Below are positions 26,211 to 39,749 of a stretch of DNA of 64,000 bases, in pieces. The stretch covers positions 18,158,711-18,222,710 of the forward strand of contig MU054187.1 in assembly GCA_013239625.1 (NCBI GenBank), in the 5' to 3' direction. A model generated the notes under the pieces. It saw only the letters and a list, made by a program, of their open reading frames with translations, made no database searches and was not told the origin of the DNA. Made by a program: the position numbers and the translations under genes. The first letter of the stretch is position 1, and each line of letters opens with the position of its first letter. The DNA comes from Lama guanicoe. Lineage: Eukaryota.

Positions 26211-27340
26211 CTGAAGAAAGGACACTTGAAAATGTATATGCTTGTGGAAAAGTCTCCAAGATACAAAGACAAGTTTTTTAGAAGTAGTTTACAAAGACAA
26301 GTTATCGATTTTTTTTTTTTTTGAGAAAGAAAAGCTATAGTAAAAAGGTCTGCTGGATTTAAGCCATTGATGCTACGTTCCTGATTAATCCCAGATCAGG
26401 CCGAACAAGAAAGACTGGATCTTAGCTAGTTAGTTGAGGCAAAGAAAACGAATCCCAACTTTAGTCACAGCAATTTCTAGGACTTTATTTGAAGAAAATA
26501 ACCAGACAGGAGATAAAAGATGTAGATAAAAGGTGCTCATCAAAGAGCAATCTTCTCCATCATGTCGTTTTCCTTTCTCAGCATCTCTCGAAGTCTTGTC
26601 AGTTTTCAGAGTTGGGTTATTTGCCCTCTCCTTTGGACTTGCAGTCTTTAAAACATAAAAATAAAAATTGAAATATCTAGACTACCAATTAAGGGAGAGT
26701 AATGAGATAAACTATATTCTATTCAGATAATGGGACACATTACAGTCACTAAAAGTGATAACTGCTAGAAATTTTAATGACATAAAAATATTCCCTATAT
26801 AATATTAAGTGAAAACAGCAAACACAGAACTGTACTTAGTATTATGGTAATTTTATCTAAATATAAAGAGGTAAATAAATAAACAGGTAGATCAAATAGA
26901 TAGATTAAATATATATTCATAGAAAAAAGATTATAATGAAATATAATTTAAAAATTTACCTCATTATTACTGGATGGTGAACTTAGGAGCCACTTTAATT
27001 TTTCTCTATATAGTTTCTTTAAATAGGCCAATTATTTGGTAATAAGCATTTATTACATTTATAATCAAGACAAAACATGTTTTTAGGGAATAAAAATGAA
27101 ACAGAACATGAAAGAGTGACAGTGTTACTCCTTCCAATGCTTGGGCAAATGGGATGAATTTTATACCTCCATGCATCTGTTGACTTTCCCCTAGGGTAAA
27201 TTAACATTTAATGCTCATAAATCTGAATTCCCTACATTTTAAATTCTTCATTATTCTTGAAGATTTCTTCATCTTGAAACAACAGAATTGGCTTAAAGTG
27301 TTAAGACTATGAGAACGACAGCTTTCCATCTCCCATTTCT

Positions 27341-27900
27341 TTGAGCTCAGCGTTGAAGGCCAGCAGTCTGCGATGCCTGCGGGAGAGGTTAGAGGGCTCC
27401 ATTAAAGAAACATCTGCCTCAAAAGAGTTATTAGGGGTGGAGCTGCAGCTGTGGGAGCATCAGCACGAGGCAGGGGTTGAGAGCAAGGGGCAGGCACAAC
27501 CAGCCGAAGAAAGCCCACAAGACAAGAGGAGACGGCAAAGAATGAAACCCAGAAAACTGCCAACACCCACAGCAGGGCTGAGAAAGAAAAATAAAATGAT
27601 GGAAGAGATGGCGAAACTGATCGAGTACAAAGCGAAACAGGCGAGAAAGGCGAAGAGAAAAAAACCAGAAATAGCTTCTCCGAGGAGGGAATCGTGAGCA
27701 GATGAGGAGAGTGAGGGGAGAAGGGCATTTAAGCTCAGGTAAGTGGTATAAGCAGGAATAAAGCATCAAGTCCTTTGGGAGACAGAGACTTTGAAAACAG
27801 AAAGACAGGTTGGAAGTCAAATTGTGAAAGATGTTGAATTCCAGGTTAAAGAGGTGAGACTTTATTCTCCAGGCTGTAAGAGAAGGGAATGTCTAGTTTT
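27341..27900 (-). mobile_element. L2 relic, CpG-enriched in 27341-27700
   Basis: purine-rich tract with gtgggagcatcagca, ccaaca, gaggaggga...gatgagga landmarks of antisense L2. Confidence 0.6.
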
Positions 27901-27984
27901 AAAGAGTCTCAAAAGCCCGGATTTGATGAGAGAACAAAGTTTCCTAAACCTCCAACTTCCTTGTATGCATTAGGAATGAAGCTT

Positions 27985-29260
27985 ATTAAACAACAAAGTC
28001 CTACTGAATAGCACAGGGAACCATATTCAGTACTTTATAATAGCCTATAATGAGACTGATTTCATTTTAAATGACAAAGTTGAATAATAGTCTGAAATTT
28101 TAACATTCCTTTCTTAATAATTAATACAACAAGTAGACAGGATATCCATATAGAGACGACTTGACCAACTTTGTCCTAAATGACAGTCGTAGGACACTCA
28201 TCCAACAATAGATGATGTATTTAAGTGCACACAGAGCGTTCATCTGCATACATCATATACTGTGACACAAACACGTTTGAACACACTTAAAGGGAACTGA
28301 ATCATATCAAGCATGTATCTGACCACATTAGAATTTAATTTTAAATCAATAACAGTAACTTACCTGGAAGAGCTCCAAATATTTGAAATAAAATTGCACA
28401 TTTTCAAATCTACACTTGGAAAAAAATTTGAGCTAAATAAAAATAAAATTATAGCAATTCAAAATTAGTGGGATGCAACTAAAGCAATACTTAAAAGGAA
28501 ATAAAACTAAGATTCCAAAAGATCTCAAATCAATTATTTCAGCTTTCATCACAAGAAACTAGGAAAAAAGAGACAAATAAAAATTAAAGTAAGTAGAAGG
28601 AAGGAAATAATAAAAATAGTAGCAGAAAGAAATAAAATAGGAAACAGAAAAACAATAAAATGACTTTTTCCCAGAAGACTGAAGAGGAAGGAACAGTTAC
28701 TAACTCAATTCATAATACCATTACTTTTATATCAAAACCAGATAAAGACCTTAAAACAAAACAAAACTATAAACCAAAATCCCTCATGAGCTTAGATGGT
28801 AATTCCTTAACAAAACATTGTCAAATTGAATCCATCATTATATAAAAAAGAAAAAGTTACCATGAACAAGTTAGCTTTACTTTAGAAATGCAACATTTGT
28901 TAAAAAGTCAAAAATCAATCACCATAATACACTGTATTAACAAATTAAAGAAAGAAAAAACATACGACTATCTCAATAGATATAAAAAAATATTTGATGA
29001 AATCTAACATTGATCCCTAACAAAATCTCTCAACAAAGTAGGAATAGAAGAAAACTTCCTCAAATAAAACTATCTACAAAAAATTGTATCTCACATCATA
29101 CTTAATGGTAGAAGACTAAATGCATAGATGAGAACAAGGAGGAGATGCCAGCTTTCACCACTCTGTCCATCACTGTAGTAGATACTGTAGTTAGTGTAAT
29201 CAAGCAAGATAGAGAATTATTATTATTTTAATAAAATAATTTAAATTGTCTTCATTCAAA
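27985..29260 (+). mobile_element. short younger L1 3' fragment followed by decayed L1 ORF2 region
   Basis: ctactgaatagcacagggaac; ctgaccaca, gggatgcaactaaagca, aaaccagataaagac, atcatacttaatggt, gaacaagg motifs; many stops. Confidence 0.85.
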
Positions 29261-30166
29261 AACAGGTACATCAGAAAACTTTGCGGAGAGTAGAAATGTC
29301 TATTATATTAATTGTGTCATTTCATAGGTAAGTACAGTTGCCAAAACTTGTCAAACTGTAGACCTTAATGTATAGTTTATTGTATGTAGATTATAACTGA
29401 GTAAAGCTGGCTTACTGCTTTTGTATATAATAAGATAAATTTATTATCTCACATAATAAGTCCCAAAATAGAGCATCAGTTAAATCAGCATTTTAATATC
29501 AAGATCGCTCTGTTTGACAACTGCAGGCTTCACTACTCACTGTATGAGAATGACCACAGTATCTCCAAGCATTGCGTCCCGACACCACAAAGTCAAAACG
29601 CAAGGAGAAAAAGGGACACCTACTGTCCTGAGTATCTTTATAAGAGTAAAGACAACTTCCCTAAGAAACTTCCCCTAACCTGTGATTGGTCAGAGTTTCA
29701 CAACATGGAACTCTAGGAAAGACAATGGAAAACATATTTGGCTCAGCAAATAAACTTCACTCCCTAAAATCCATATTTCCTCAACGTCTGAATAAAACCG
29801 GAGTTCTGATAACAAGGAAGATGAATGTAAATGTCTTTGGGTTGAGCTATCCCATCAGTGACTGATACAGGCATTAAGTGGCTCTGTAGCCCCTTCGGCT
29901 TACTGCATCAGCTCCCTGGTGGGGCCAAGAGAATCCCTTTTTTGCTAACGAAAGATATATTCATTTTGAAATTCTGGGGGGAAATGTTAGGGTGGAACAG
30001 CTTTTGAAAATTCTTAATTTATTCAAAATTATTTTTAGCAGGATATAATGAATTTTAAGTAGCTTTGTTTTCATACTTCAAAGATGAATCAGTGCTTATG
30101 CTATTTGCATATCCTCCTGATGTCTAATATTAATTGGAATTGGGTGATGTTTTAAAATATACACAG

Positions 30167-30659
30167 GCATTAACCTGAGGTAAGTGAAAATGGAACCAAT
30201 GAAAATTCATTTTTGGAATATTCTTTTATGCATCAAATGCATCTGTCAGGCTAAAGATCGTATAGGACAAATACAAAGAGGGTCAAGAGAATCTGGTGAG
30301 TAGATTTTGGAAGGTATACATAAAACTACAAAAGTTCCCATTGAGAAAACTTGAAGAAAAAAACAAGATTTGTCAGACAAATTTTTGGAAAGCAAATAAA
30401 TTGTGGAAACAAGCATTAACCTGAGGTAAGTGAAAATGGAACCAATGAATATTCACTTTTGGAATATTCTTTTATGCATCAAATGCATCTGTCAGGCTAA
30501 AGATCATATAGGACAAATACAAAGAGGGTCAAGAGAATCTGATGAGTAGATTTTGGAGGGTATACATTAAACTACAAAAGTTCCCATTGAGAAAACTTGA
30601 AGAAAAAAAACAAGATTTGTCAGACAAATTTTTGGAAAGCAAATAAATTGTGGAAGCAA
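30167..30659. repeat. tandem duplication, 246 + 247 bp
   Basis: copy 1 30167-30412, copy 2 30413-30659; about 8 differences counted by eye. Confidence 0.97.
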
Positions 30660-30984
30660 ATAAATAAAACTGGAAGCTCTGAGAATTACTAACAACAACG
30701 ATGGATGTACTGTCAAATCTGGGGCTATTTACCAGTTGTAGCACAAATTCTAGGTGAGAAGCTGAGCAAATCTTTAATTCAGCTCTCATCTCTGACATTA
30801 ACAGAGCAGAAGAAAAAGACTACAAAGCCTCTGTGCTAAATCAACAGGGCAGAGCCAGGCAGTTGGAATTTTACCAACTTCTGGAGACAAGGGTGACACC
30901 CAACACGTCTCTTTCATTTCCTCCATGATGCAAATAGCTTGGAAGATCCAGAAATCATCAGGTGACAAGAGGATCTAAAAAGAA

Positions 30985-31196
30985 GGCACAAACTTCCAGC
31001 TATAAAATAAATAAGTCACAAGGATGAACTGTACAGCACAGGTAATGTAGTCAATAATTTGGTAATAGCTTCATATGGTGACAGTCAACTAAACTTATCG
31101 TGGTGATACTTTTGTAATGTATGAGAATAGCAAATCACTATGTCGTACACCTGAAACTAATGTAATATTGGGAGTCAGTTAACTTCAGTAAAAAAT
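30985..31196 (+). mobile_element. L1 3' end (L1MA9-like)
   Basis: caaacttccagctataaaataaataagtcac...gtacacctgaaactaatgtaatattg...aaaaaa. Confidence 0.85.
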
Positions 31197-33119
31197 AGGC
31201 TACCTAAAATAAATCATAAATAAAATTTCAAAATAAAATAAAGAGACCCACGTCAACACCTCTTCCTGTGTTAACAGGTATGAAAACTCTAACAGGTCCT
31301 CCTGGCTCCTTCTCTCCAAAGTCATAAATACCGAGGCCTGAGGCTGGAGAACAGGAGGATGTACTACACGTGTTGTAAAAACCATTTTTGTTTTAAAAGA
31401 AACTGCTCTTTTAATTCCAAAAATGAAGCTGTTGATTTAGAATGGGTGGTGTTTAAATAACTGCTCTGATTCTGCACTCTCTCCCCACTGGGTTCTTCTT
31501 CACGTTATGTGACTGAGCACCTAGCATCGTTGCAGGGCACCGTGAGTGGCCTGACAGATGAGGCAGCAGGTGGAGGTGGATGGGTTATACACAGTGCCTC
31601 CCTTCAAGTAGCGTTAAGGCATGAAAAACGATGTTCAAAGTTTCTGCTAACAGAAAGCATTCCACAGAGAGGACACTACCTGAATAGCTCCACTTTAACT
31701 TCAGATCGACCTTGAATGTGAATGTGATGAGGAATTCCATGCCTACCTTTGTCCAAATAAATATGTTATTCCTGCGTTTGGCATGGTAGAGATTTCCTTT
31801 TCTGATTTATTACTACTTTATCCACCTCTTTTGAAAAGAAACTTAAAAGAACCTTAATATTTCTAAATTTTAAGAAGTTTGGACCAAGATCCATTGAATT
31901 AATATGTCCTCCAAAGGTATAAGTACTTTAATTTGCTTATTAATCACTATACAGGACCCAGAAATCACCATGAGGACAGGAACCAGCAACTCTTGGCTGA
32001 CTAGACCTTGAAATCGTCTGCTTCCCAAAGTTTCCCTGTGTTGCTATCCTCAAGACACTTTCTAGATTCCTGGTCAGAGGGTACAAATTCTCCTTTATAT
32101 TCCAATGTTCATCCTGCATAGTCCCCATGTTTTCAAAATGCCTTCTGTCAAATGCAGACACTATTGAAATGACTCGCTGACTGTGGCAGGAAAGGGGGGC
32201 TGGCATCCCTACCCTTGTGCCTGGCTGACAAGAGCCTGCACATCAATTCCACCCCCTGATCTAATAGACTTCACAGTGTCCCCTCTCCTCACGCTTTACC
32301 CACGCTCTCCATCTTGAGTTCACTGCTTCAGAAGAGAAGTCTATGTGTCTTTCCTCCATTCATCCTTCATCCTCTCCAAATCTCTTTCCCCTCTTGCATA
32401 CATGTGTTTGTGACAATATGCCTTTGAATCATTCCTGGACTCTTATTTATTTTTAAAGGACACACCATATAGTATAATGCATGGATACTTATTATTAAAT
32501 AATAAACACTTAGGAAATTTGAAGTATTCTACAAGACTAGAAGTAATGCTGTGTAATAAAAACTTAACTTGTAACTTGTTTGGGAATTCACTTTTTAATC
32601 ATCTGGGACTGACATTCACTCTCCAGATGTCTCATCCCCATTGCTCATGGCTCTTTATAAATGACCATCAATAGAACTTTCGGTGGAATAGTTTAAAATA
32701 TTAAAGTAAACAGTAAAGGGCAAATCATTCTGTCTCTTCTGGGAGATTAAAAAGAATGAAATGTTTCAGTTGCATACATCTTCAGCATTCTATTCATCCT
32801 AAAGAAAAGTATGATGCCATAAATCAATCCACAGTGGTAATAAGGCTCTGACTACTCATAGAAACTGCAACATTACAATTTGTTTACATTTATTCTATCA
32901 AGAACTAGAGTAGGTGAGCACCTACCATTTACTTGTGCATTAGATAATTTCTATAAAGTTGTATACGATGATTTTTGTTACTGTTTTTTTTTTGAAAGCA
33001 TAGGAAAAAGAAGAACATACTCTTGAAGACAATGTACATTTGAGGTGAATAATATTTACATATATTATATGTGTATATATTATATGTATATGATATCTAT
33101 ATGTCACATTACACATATT

Positions 33120-33300
33120 TTACTTATAGTAATCTTTAATCGTCATAAGAAGCCTGAAGGGTAGGTAATATGTATATTTTATAGACAGGAACCTACAGCT
33201 CAGCAAGCTTAATCTCCTCAAGGTCACACAAGCAGGGCTGGTAAAGGATGCTTTTTGACTCTGGTCTATCTATTCCAAAGCCCGTATGCTTTTTACTACA
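33120..33300 (-). mobile_element. MIR
   Basis: ttttatagacaggaacct...ctcaaggtcacaca...ccaaagccc. Confidence 0.65.
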
Positions 33301-35424
33301 CCATGCAAGAAGATACGATCCCTGGTGAAACATAATTGAGTGAAGACCATTGAAACATCTGCTCTACCGAAGTCATTCCACTAGAATATGGCCAAAGCCT
33401 GAGGTGACTCAGACTCTGGAGGTGCTCAAAAGACTTTAGCTTTCTGCCAAATACATCTAAGTTAGAAACAACAAGCAAACAAAGGAAGAAGCACCTTCAA
33501 GTATAGGGACTGAAATAACATCTAACAGCTCTAAGAAGGGGTTAATCTGGTTACACATCAGGCTGTCTGATACAAGATATTTACAAAAAGAAACAGCCTA
33601 AACGCCAAATCAAAGGAGGAACATTGCCATTATTAGATGCACACAGACATGATCCAGGATGATGCTTTTCCTTGCAAAAGAGAATCTTAGCAACCTCTGC
33701 AGTCTCCTGGGTGTTTACTCACAATATGTTGAGGGAAGGAGGAGTTGAACTAAATGTAAAACCCTATAAATCATCTTCCCCCAAATCACAAACAGGAATG
33801 CTAATTTATTTTTCTGCCAACACAGAATGGCCATCATCAACAAAATGTCAAGTAGCACAGAAAAACTCCAAAAAGAAAGATCTCGTACAACACAGTTACT
33901 GCTAAAGCCATGAGAAAAGCAACCACGATCAATGCAAAGGGATAATTAAAGCATTCTTTCAAATCATCATTAGTGACAGCAAACACAGCCTAGCCTCATT
34001 AGTAAACCACAAGGCACAGTCCGACTAATAGAACCCACTGGCAGCTTCAATAAATATTCCATTTCTGAGAGCTTTTGGAGAGAAAGCAGCTTAAGGTGGG
34101 GGGGAGGCTTAATCAATTTCCTTTGCAATAAGACCCTTGCAGCTTATAAAGTCACAAATCAGTCTTACATGCGTTCCTCAGGAGTCTAAGACAATGGAAG
34201 TGAGTGGGAGAAAATATTCCTTCAAAGACACATTGCCATTGTTGACTTAAAACAGCAGATCATAAAAGCAATCTGAGCCACTGCATTTTTTTCCAAATGC
34301 ATAAAAACATCAGAGCTAATCAACCGTCATATTGTCAAGCTCAATCATTCACAATCCTGTCCTCTCTATGTTAGCACTTTTCTTCTTCGCTTGTTATTTC
34401 AAACGTTTACTTTGAAGTTAAAAAATGGATAAAATCACTTTGAAGGCTGCTGAATGTATGGGCCTTTTAACAGAAGGACATTTGCAAAAGGAGGGAAAAA
34501 AGCATGTGGCATGATGAAGGTGAATAACCAACAATCTCTTACCAAGTTAGTGTTTTTGAAGAAGAAAAGTTTCTAAATTATAGTGCCATAGTTCAGATTA
34601 GAAGGGCCACCATTACATTTCAAATTCACTTCTCTGCTGAGTCATCCAAAAAGATTTAAATCTAGTATATATTCATCTACTGTTATGATCTCCTGGAAAA
34701 GACGTAAAATGAAGCACTGCAATTAGTTTGAAAAATATGACAATTTCAATATCATGAAATATAAATAAGAATGAAAAACAGGCAGCACATGGCAAAACAA
34801 AAAGCTTTGAAGTCAAAAAGTCAACAGAAGAGTAAGAGTTCATCTTCTCACATGGTCAAACATTAATTAGTTTTACTGATTTCAATGCCGCTCTGAAAAT
34901 ACCCATTGTCTAGGTTGAAATAGATCTGTGGTATTCACCCATCAAGAAGAGACATACATCTTATTCTTTTTAGGTTTCCACTGATTCTGATTTACACAGG
35001 CTTAGTGAATAAAAGGTATTGCAAAGGAATTTTTTTTCTGATGCATAAAATGTTCTGAAATCCCAATATCTAGCAAGCTAGATACTCAGAAATCTGCTCC
35101 AGTATTTAGCAAACATAAAACATATGGTCTGTGGAGTTTCATTTACACATTTTGGAATAAAAGCTTTTAAAGAAAGTCACTTAAATAAATTCTCTAATAT
35201 CACATTTTAAGTGATTCAGAAATTTCCAAAAATAACTCAAATGTAGCTGGTTTCAGATTTCAGATTTAATTTTAAGCTGACGAGTTCATCAGATATGGAA
35301 TAATCTCTTGTTAAACTTTTCAATCTTGATTAAAGTTGGCCAAACCTATGGCCATAACATCAAAATTTTACATTCAGTTTTAATTGGCTTCAAATACTGT
35401 TGATTTAAAATTCACAGTAAAATT

Positions 35425-35866
35425 CGTGTAGTAGATATATTCACTTTCTGTTGCTGTGTGACAAATTAACACACATTCAGTATTTTTTAATAATCTGCTT
35501 CTTACTTCACAGTCTGAGAAGGCTGGAAATGGTCGTAAGTAGGTTCTCTGCTCAGGGTCTTGCCAGGCTGCAAACCAGGTGGTGAGTGGAGCTGTGGGCT
35601 CACCTAGAGCTCAGGATCCTTTTCCAAACTCATTCAAGTTTTGGCCAGCATGTGATTCCTTGTGGTTGTAGGACCAAGGTTCCTGCTACCTTGCTGGCTA
35701 TCAACTCGGGAAGCTCTCAACTCCTGGAGGCTACTTACTATTCCCCACCACATGGCCCTCTCCACAACATGGCAGTTTGCTCCTTCAAGGTCAAGCTTGA
35801 GAATCTCCCTCACCTTGAATCTCTTTACCTCTTTTAAGGGTTCACTTGATTAGTTCAGGTCCATCC
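35425..35866 (-). mobile_element. MaLR LTR (MLT1D/E-like)
   Basis: ttctctgctcagggtct, ttccaaactcattcaagtt, gtggttgtaggacc, cttttaagggttcacttgattag. Confidence 0.8.
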
Positions 35867-36016
35867 TGTTTCGCCAGTTTTTCCCAGAGCATAGGGTGCC
35901 TCATTCCCGACCTCCGCCCTGAACTCCTTTCAGGGTGTGTTGAAGGTCAGCGACTGCAGTGGCTCATGACTTCATCCCTGTAGAGGGAGACAGCAAGTGA
36001 CAATTTTCAGTTGGCA
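35867..36016 (-). mobile_element. ERV1-type LTR fragment
   Basis: gccagtttttcccagagc...ccctgaactcctttcagggtgtgttgaaggtcagc...agttggca; ends in CA. Confidence 0.65.
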
Positions 36017-38701
36017 GAACTAAGCTATATTACAGAGTGTAAAGAGGTTCTCTTGGTAAATGTATAGGGAGGGAGAATTCTGAAAGTTATTCTTTCAGAG
36101 GGACTCAGTAGACACAAATTTTTTGAAGTTGAGGGAAAGGTTTTCTTTAGGGCAGGATCAAAAAAGATGCCAGAAACTAGCTCTCCATAATAGGAGTTCA
36201 AGAGGAACTGATGGCTATCCCAAGATGTTGACCGCATGTATAGGGACCAGGCTTTAATGTCACCATTTCTGGTTATTTATTTTATATCCTTATCTATATA
36301 TGGTCATTTATATATAAATTATATAATATAAAATCTACAAGTGTATCTGACTCATAACAATAAAAAATTATCTGAGATTTATAGTCTTTTACTATTGAAA
36401 TTCTGACCTCTTGAATGTCAAGAATCATTGGAGCTTGATGATATAAGTGTGGGACTTCTATAAACTTTTCTGTTATCTTGAAATTTTCCATAATAACAAA
36501 ATACATTTTAAGAAAATTAGTTAATACTTTTCTACAAAACTAGGTTTTTAATTTTGGTAGCACCTGACATTTATAATGTTTAAGCAGAAAAGGAACATAT
36601 CATTTGTAAAGTCAGATTCCTAATTGAACCTTTTCAAAGGAATGAGAAGTTCCTGTAGTGTTGTAACTATCTAGTTATTCAAATGGCATTTTGATCATAG
36701 TTATGAACTTTCCGAAGAAATTTCACTTATCTTGCATGCAATACATTAGGGACTTGAACCTTTTCATTTTATTAAAATGCAAAGTAACTACCCCATCTTG
36801 CTCTTTTGGAAAATTCGATTGCAATGAAAATCACCTAGAGAATATTGCCTCTGAGTTAAGGTGATTCGGTGAGCTGTGAATGTACGCAGATTATCGTGGA
36901 AGAAAATAGACAAAGTAATCATGGCAGTGGCAATTTGTTCATCACTTTAGGATTTACAAATCATTTTCCTGAACATAATTTTAATTTTTTTTATCCTTTG
37001 TTCTATATTGGCCCCCACTTCTGACTTTCCAACCTTCCAAATACGAGAATTTCACCAGTATCACGAAAAACTATTTAAATGTGGTTTATTGGTAGAGTAC
37101 TTTTACCAGCTTACACATGTTTTTGTCCCTATACCATATAATTTATGTGAAGAATGTGTGTATGACTAAGATTTCCTGCCCCTCAAACACTCCCATTCAG
37201 CACTCAAACAATTAAATCATAGTTCACAGTTCAAAAGGCTGGTGTTTGGGTCCCATGTAATAGCGAAGGCAGCTGTATCTTCATCTGTCTCACATGGGAC
37301 TCTGTTATTGCTTCACTAAAGGATGACACAGTGAGGCCACAGTAGGCAGGTGACATTCCACACTTTTGTGGAATTCTGTCCTTTCTCCTGTCAGATTAAT
37401 TTTGAGACACAACCCAGTTAATAATATATGAAACATATTTTGTTCCCAGTCTTCTACTTAATTATTGACTAAATTAAATTCAAGATGATTGGAATTGAGG
37501 ATTAGATTTGCAAATTTTGGAGTCTTTTTCATACAATTAAAAAGCCTGCTTAATGGTACCAGGCTCATCCCCTCATGAGCCAACTTGGCCACATGAGCTG
37601 CATTAAATGAAATTCCAGAAGTTTAACAACTGATTTTCCCTGTAAATTGTGAAGGTGAGTGCAACCCTAAGAGCAACTAGTACTTTAGGGTAAGAACCAT
37701 AATTCACAAAACAAGATTATGAAAAAACTAAAAAGATGACAATGAATACAGTTTTTGAGGAACGACCCTGACTTGCAAGTTACCTTAATATTGTTGCTAT
37801 GGAAACATCAATTGCTTACAAAAGAGGATTAATGGTAAGAAGGAACTAGATTCAAATAACAGACTGACCTCATGTTTTCACTCTACAGGCAGGATAACAA
37901 ATCGATGAGGGCCCATCAATTGAATTTGTATTATCCAAGCAATGCCACACATAATTATATAATTCGTAAAACAGATGTGACTTTCCACTTAAAAAAAAAA
38001 AAGCACCAAATACAAGCAAAGAAACATACTGGCTTAAATGGACACCAAATGCATGCTGAAACGGCCTGGGAAAATAAGGCCACATACCCAATATACATGA
38101 AATGAAGGCAAGTCTAAAGTAAACAGACGTTTGCTTAATGAAATTCTAACAGCTTGCAGATATAGTTTTTTTAATTTTTCTAATTTTACCTTCTTACATT
38201 ATATTGTAGGATGTTTTAAATTCTCTTTTAGGAATGTCATTTAAGGGTGTAACTTAGATGGAAAAAGAAAGGCTAATGCTCTCTTCGAGTTTCAGCTGCT
38301 TTAAAACAACAAGCTATAAAAATTCTGATTTGTAGGATCACACTGGCCCATAAAACACCTCCACCTAGAGTGGAGGATGGGTTTCTATGTACTAGAATGT
38401 GCAAAGAACCCCCTTTTTATCTTAAAGGAAGGATCAATGCACATTATAGTCTGTCTTGGGAGGAGAAGGAAAAAGAACGGGTTTACCAGATCTCTGGGGT
38501 TATTTGCCAGTCAGCATCCTCTGCCTGGTAACCCACAAGGCCAAAGGGACAAGGGGCCCCTGCCCTTGAGATCCAACAGATGTCTGAATATCCTAAAGGA
38601 GTACAACCAAGGACCAGGAGTCCTAACCTAATATAATTATTGTATTTCCTTGAAAATACAGTTTCTCCATCCAGACCCCTAGAAACACCCCCCCACCACT
38701 G

Positions 38702-38736
38702 ACACACACACACACACACACACACATACACACACA
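38702..38736. repeat. (CA)n microsatellite
   Basis: direct reading. Confidence 0.95.
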
Positions 38737-39749
38737 AGAATTCCCTTGTTCCCTAAACTTATCTCCCCAGTAGTCTTAATCCCTTTTCCCAGAAACCCTG
38801 TGACACCCTCTTCCCTTGGAAAGCTCGCCTTTCCCCAGAACCCCCTCCACATCCAGGAAAATTCTACCTCTCCCACATAGCAAGCAAGTCTAATGATGTC
38901 TTCACCTCATCTTGCTTATTGCAAACTCTGCCAATTCAAACGTCAGCAAAATGTTAATGGAAGTTTTCTCTTGCCCAGGCTTCTGCTGATTCTGAGGGAA
39001 AACCGTGGGCTGTGCACTTGTAAGCAGAAGCCAGCAGAAGCTCTTTACCAGTAACGGCTGCCATCACGTTCCTCTAAAATCACCTAAGAAAAGGGAGTCT
39101 GATCTCTAAAGAGGAGAGTGCTTTTTCCCCATTTGCAGGGTTTTCCTCTTCCCTCCGAGAATAAGACCTCCCCGTTATTTTGTTCAAAGACAGTTTTTCC
39201 CTTCCTCCTCTGCTTTCATCTCGGAAGTCTCCTCTCACACAAAGGAATAATGGCTCTGTCTGAGCCATCAGACCACGGATAGTTCAGTCACGGACTCCAG
39301 AAGATTCCCAGTGGAGGAGGGTGGGGGTGTTGGCTAATCGCCCCATGTCCACAGATCACCTTTTCTGAGACTGAATATTACGTCGTCAGAAATACAAAAC
39401 ATCCACCGCGTTACTTGACCTACAGTTATTTTTATCAGCTAGGTTTCTGTCTGACCATCCGGGCTGAATGATTAGTAAAACGGTTAGACGATTTGGTCAT
39501 AGAAATAACAGGACTGCGGATGACAAGAACTAGACCAAATGCTTACAGTCCCATTGTGGACAATAACTTCATTATGAAAGTGACTAAAGCAGAAACAACC
39601 GTTTCATCCCACAATATTTACTTATCCATTCAACAAACATCTAATGGGCACTAAGGACATGTTAAGGGTCGGGTAACAGGAGGAAAGGCAAACAGACAAA
39701 GATGGAGCAGCCTCTCCACGTGGATGGAGCCTCTCCTCTTGTCTCCCGC

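Noticed and set aside
27341..27697. 118-aa Lys/Arg/Glu-rich ORF as a protein gene
   Set aside because: Starts at TTG and lies in a purine-rich L2 relic that explains the composition; kept only as a CpG anomaly.
28355..28370. Perfect minus-strand donor CAG|gtaagt
   Set aside because: Inside an L1 relic with no convincing matching acceptor found.
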